From the NCBI RefSeq assembly GCF_001194135.2, contig NC_068981.1, positions 5,699,998 through 5,763,997 on the forward strand: a stretch of 64,000 nt of DNA. The letters run 5' to 3'. Source of the stretch: Octopus bimaculoides. Lineage: Eukaryota. Shown here one piece after another: positions 62,774 through 64,000 of the stretch. Position numbers and translations under genes: made by a program. Numbering within the stretch: position 1 is the first letter of the stretch; the number at the start of each line of letters is the position of its first letter. The notes beneath the pieces were generated by a model, which was not told where the DNA came from, did no database searches, and saw only the letters and a program-made list of their open reading frames with translations.

Positions 62774-63500
62774 TGTGCGAGAGTGAGTGTATGCAAGCCT
62801 TGTGGAATAACAGATCCCATATTTAAAAAATGGTTAACGGTTAGTGTCAGGAAGAGCATTCAGCTGTAAAAAACATGTTTCAAATAACATTAACCCTTCA
62901 CCAGTTAAAGAGGCCATATCTGGCCTGAGTATTCTATGTGTTTTATGTACAAAGTGGCCCAGATCTGGCCTCTCACACCTACCATACATTGTTGTTCCAA
63001 AAACAATCACATTATTGGAATCTCAAAGCCACAAGACAATGAATGTTTAGTACAAAACGGACATAAAATTATCAAAAATCTTCTCTTGTTAATTCGTCAA
63101 GGTTTTGATAACCGGCAGGTCAGAGAAAGAAAAAATGGTGGCAGTAGGTCAGTGTAGGGAGAAGAAGAAAACAAACAAAACGTAAGTTTAAATAGTTGCA
63201 TCATCAGAGAGATAAGAAGTTGTCTTTGTAGGTCACTGACTGGAAGGAGAAAGAATACTGACAATGATAGATCACTTACTAAAGAGATAAGATGTGATGT
63301 TAGTAGGTCACTTTGGTCTGAAGGACAGAGAAAGTTGCATTATTGCCAACTCTGATCTGAATAGTAGAGTTAATGTCAGCTTTAGGGATTTAAAAGGTAA
63401 ACTTCAAGAGTTGAAGGTTAATTTTAAAATGCTTAGAAAAAGGAGTTTTATAGGGCAAGAGTTTCAGAACACACGATCTCATGAACAACTTTACTGTAAA

Positions 63501-63809
63501 TTAGAAAATTACTATTTTTTAACTCTCACAACAGACTTAAATCTCAGCAACAGTACCTTGTAGTAAAGACTGTTTGCCAACATAACATGGCAGTCCTGGT
63601 TTAGGACGAATGTTGCTGTAATTTAGCTCCAGGAGACATCGTCTCCTGCTGGCTATACGACATGATGTGTCCTCATAAAAAATAAATACATATAAGGACA
63701 CAGATCATGTTGTATAGCCAGCTGGAGACGATGTCTCCTGGGGCTAAATTAAAGCAAAATTCGTCCTAAACCAGGACTGCCATGTTATGTTGGCAAACAA
63801 TCTTTACTA
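63501..63809. mobile_element. Long-TIR MITE family copy 3, near-perfect hairpin with about 13-nt loop
   Basis: Arms 63561-63677 and 63691-63809 are reverse complements. Confidence 0.85.
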
Positions 63810-64000
63810 AGTTTACAGTAGCCAACTGGTTTTGGTTGGGTTAAGTAAAAATGAAAAAAAATAAAGAAGAAAAAGATACTGTCAAGTTGTTATGAAGGAG
63901 AGGACAAAAGTCCTGCCCATGAAAACTTAATGTAGATTTGTGTTTATATTTTTATGCATAATTCTCTGAAGATTGTATTCAGGTAAATGCTTCTTGGGAC

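Noticed and set aside
4701-62869. Long ORFs full of X or dipeptide repeats (4701-5292, 14422-15162, 29665-30213, 44761-45468, 48677-49368, 61738-62869)
   Set aside because: Artefacts of N-gaps and microsatellites; no protein signal apart from the R4 portion at 14171-14583.
60498-64000. Search for the start-codon exon of the VAT1L-like gene
   Set aside because: No phase-2 donor exon ending in a RVKAC-like sequence was seen; it is presumably beyond the window or in the 61850-62711 gap.
1-64000. CRISPR arrays or prokaryotic operons
   Set aside because: Repeats are dispersed SINEs/MITEs or tandem units without unique spacers, and the only gene is spliceosomal.

Overview
AT-rich, repeat-dense eukaryotic genomic DNA with eight N-gaps. 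The tRNA-derived SINEs, RTE/R4/Penelope relics and microsatellites point to an octopod cephalopod such as Octopus (inference). The window holds most of one minus-strand gene, a VAT-1 homolog-like (VAT1L-type) MDR/quinone-oxidoreductase family protein. I traced seven core coding exons by eye: 60368-60497, 44212-44427, 42431-42573, 41465-41568, 39627-39682, 33185-33379 and 31980-32057. All have AG/GT boundaries and matching phases; the start-codon exon was not found and probably lies beyond base 64000. The acidic C-terminal tail appears to come from four phase-0 microexons (30, 30, 30, 24 nt) spread over about 10.5 kb, plus a stop-containing exon at 14055-14120. A long AU-rich 3' UTR probably follows. 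The introns contain many SINEs, LINE/Penelope fragments, hAT/Tc1-pogo/piggyBac-like MITEs and several long fold-back elements. The most notable observations are the microexon array, a tRNA-head + hammerhead-ribozyme unit tied to a Penelope-like element (one copy has an intact core and is sense to the pre-mRNA), and the long intronic hairpins. No prokaryotic features or CRISPR arrays are supported.
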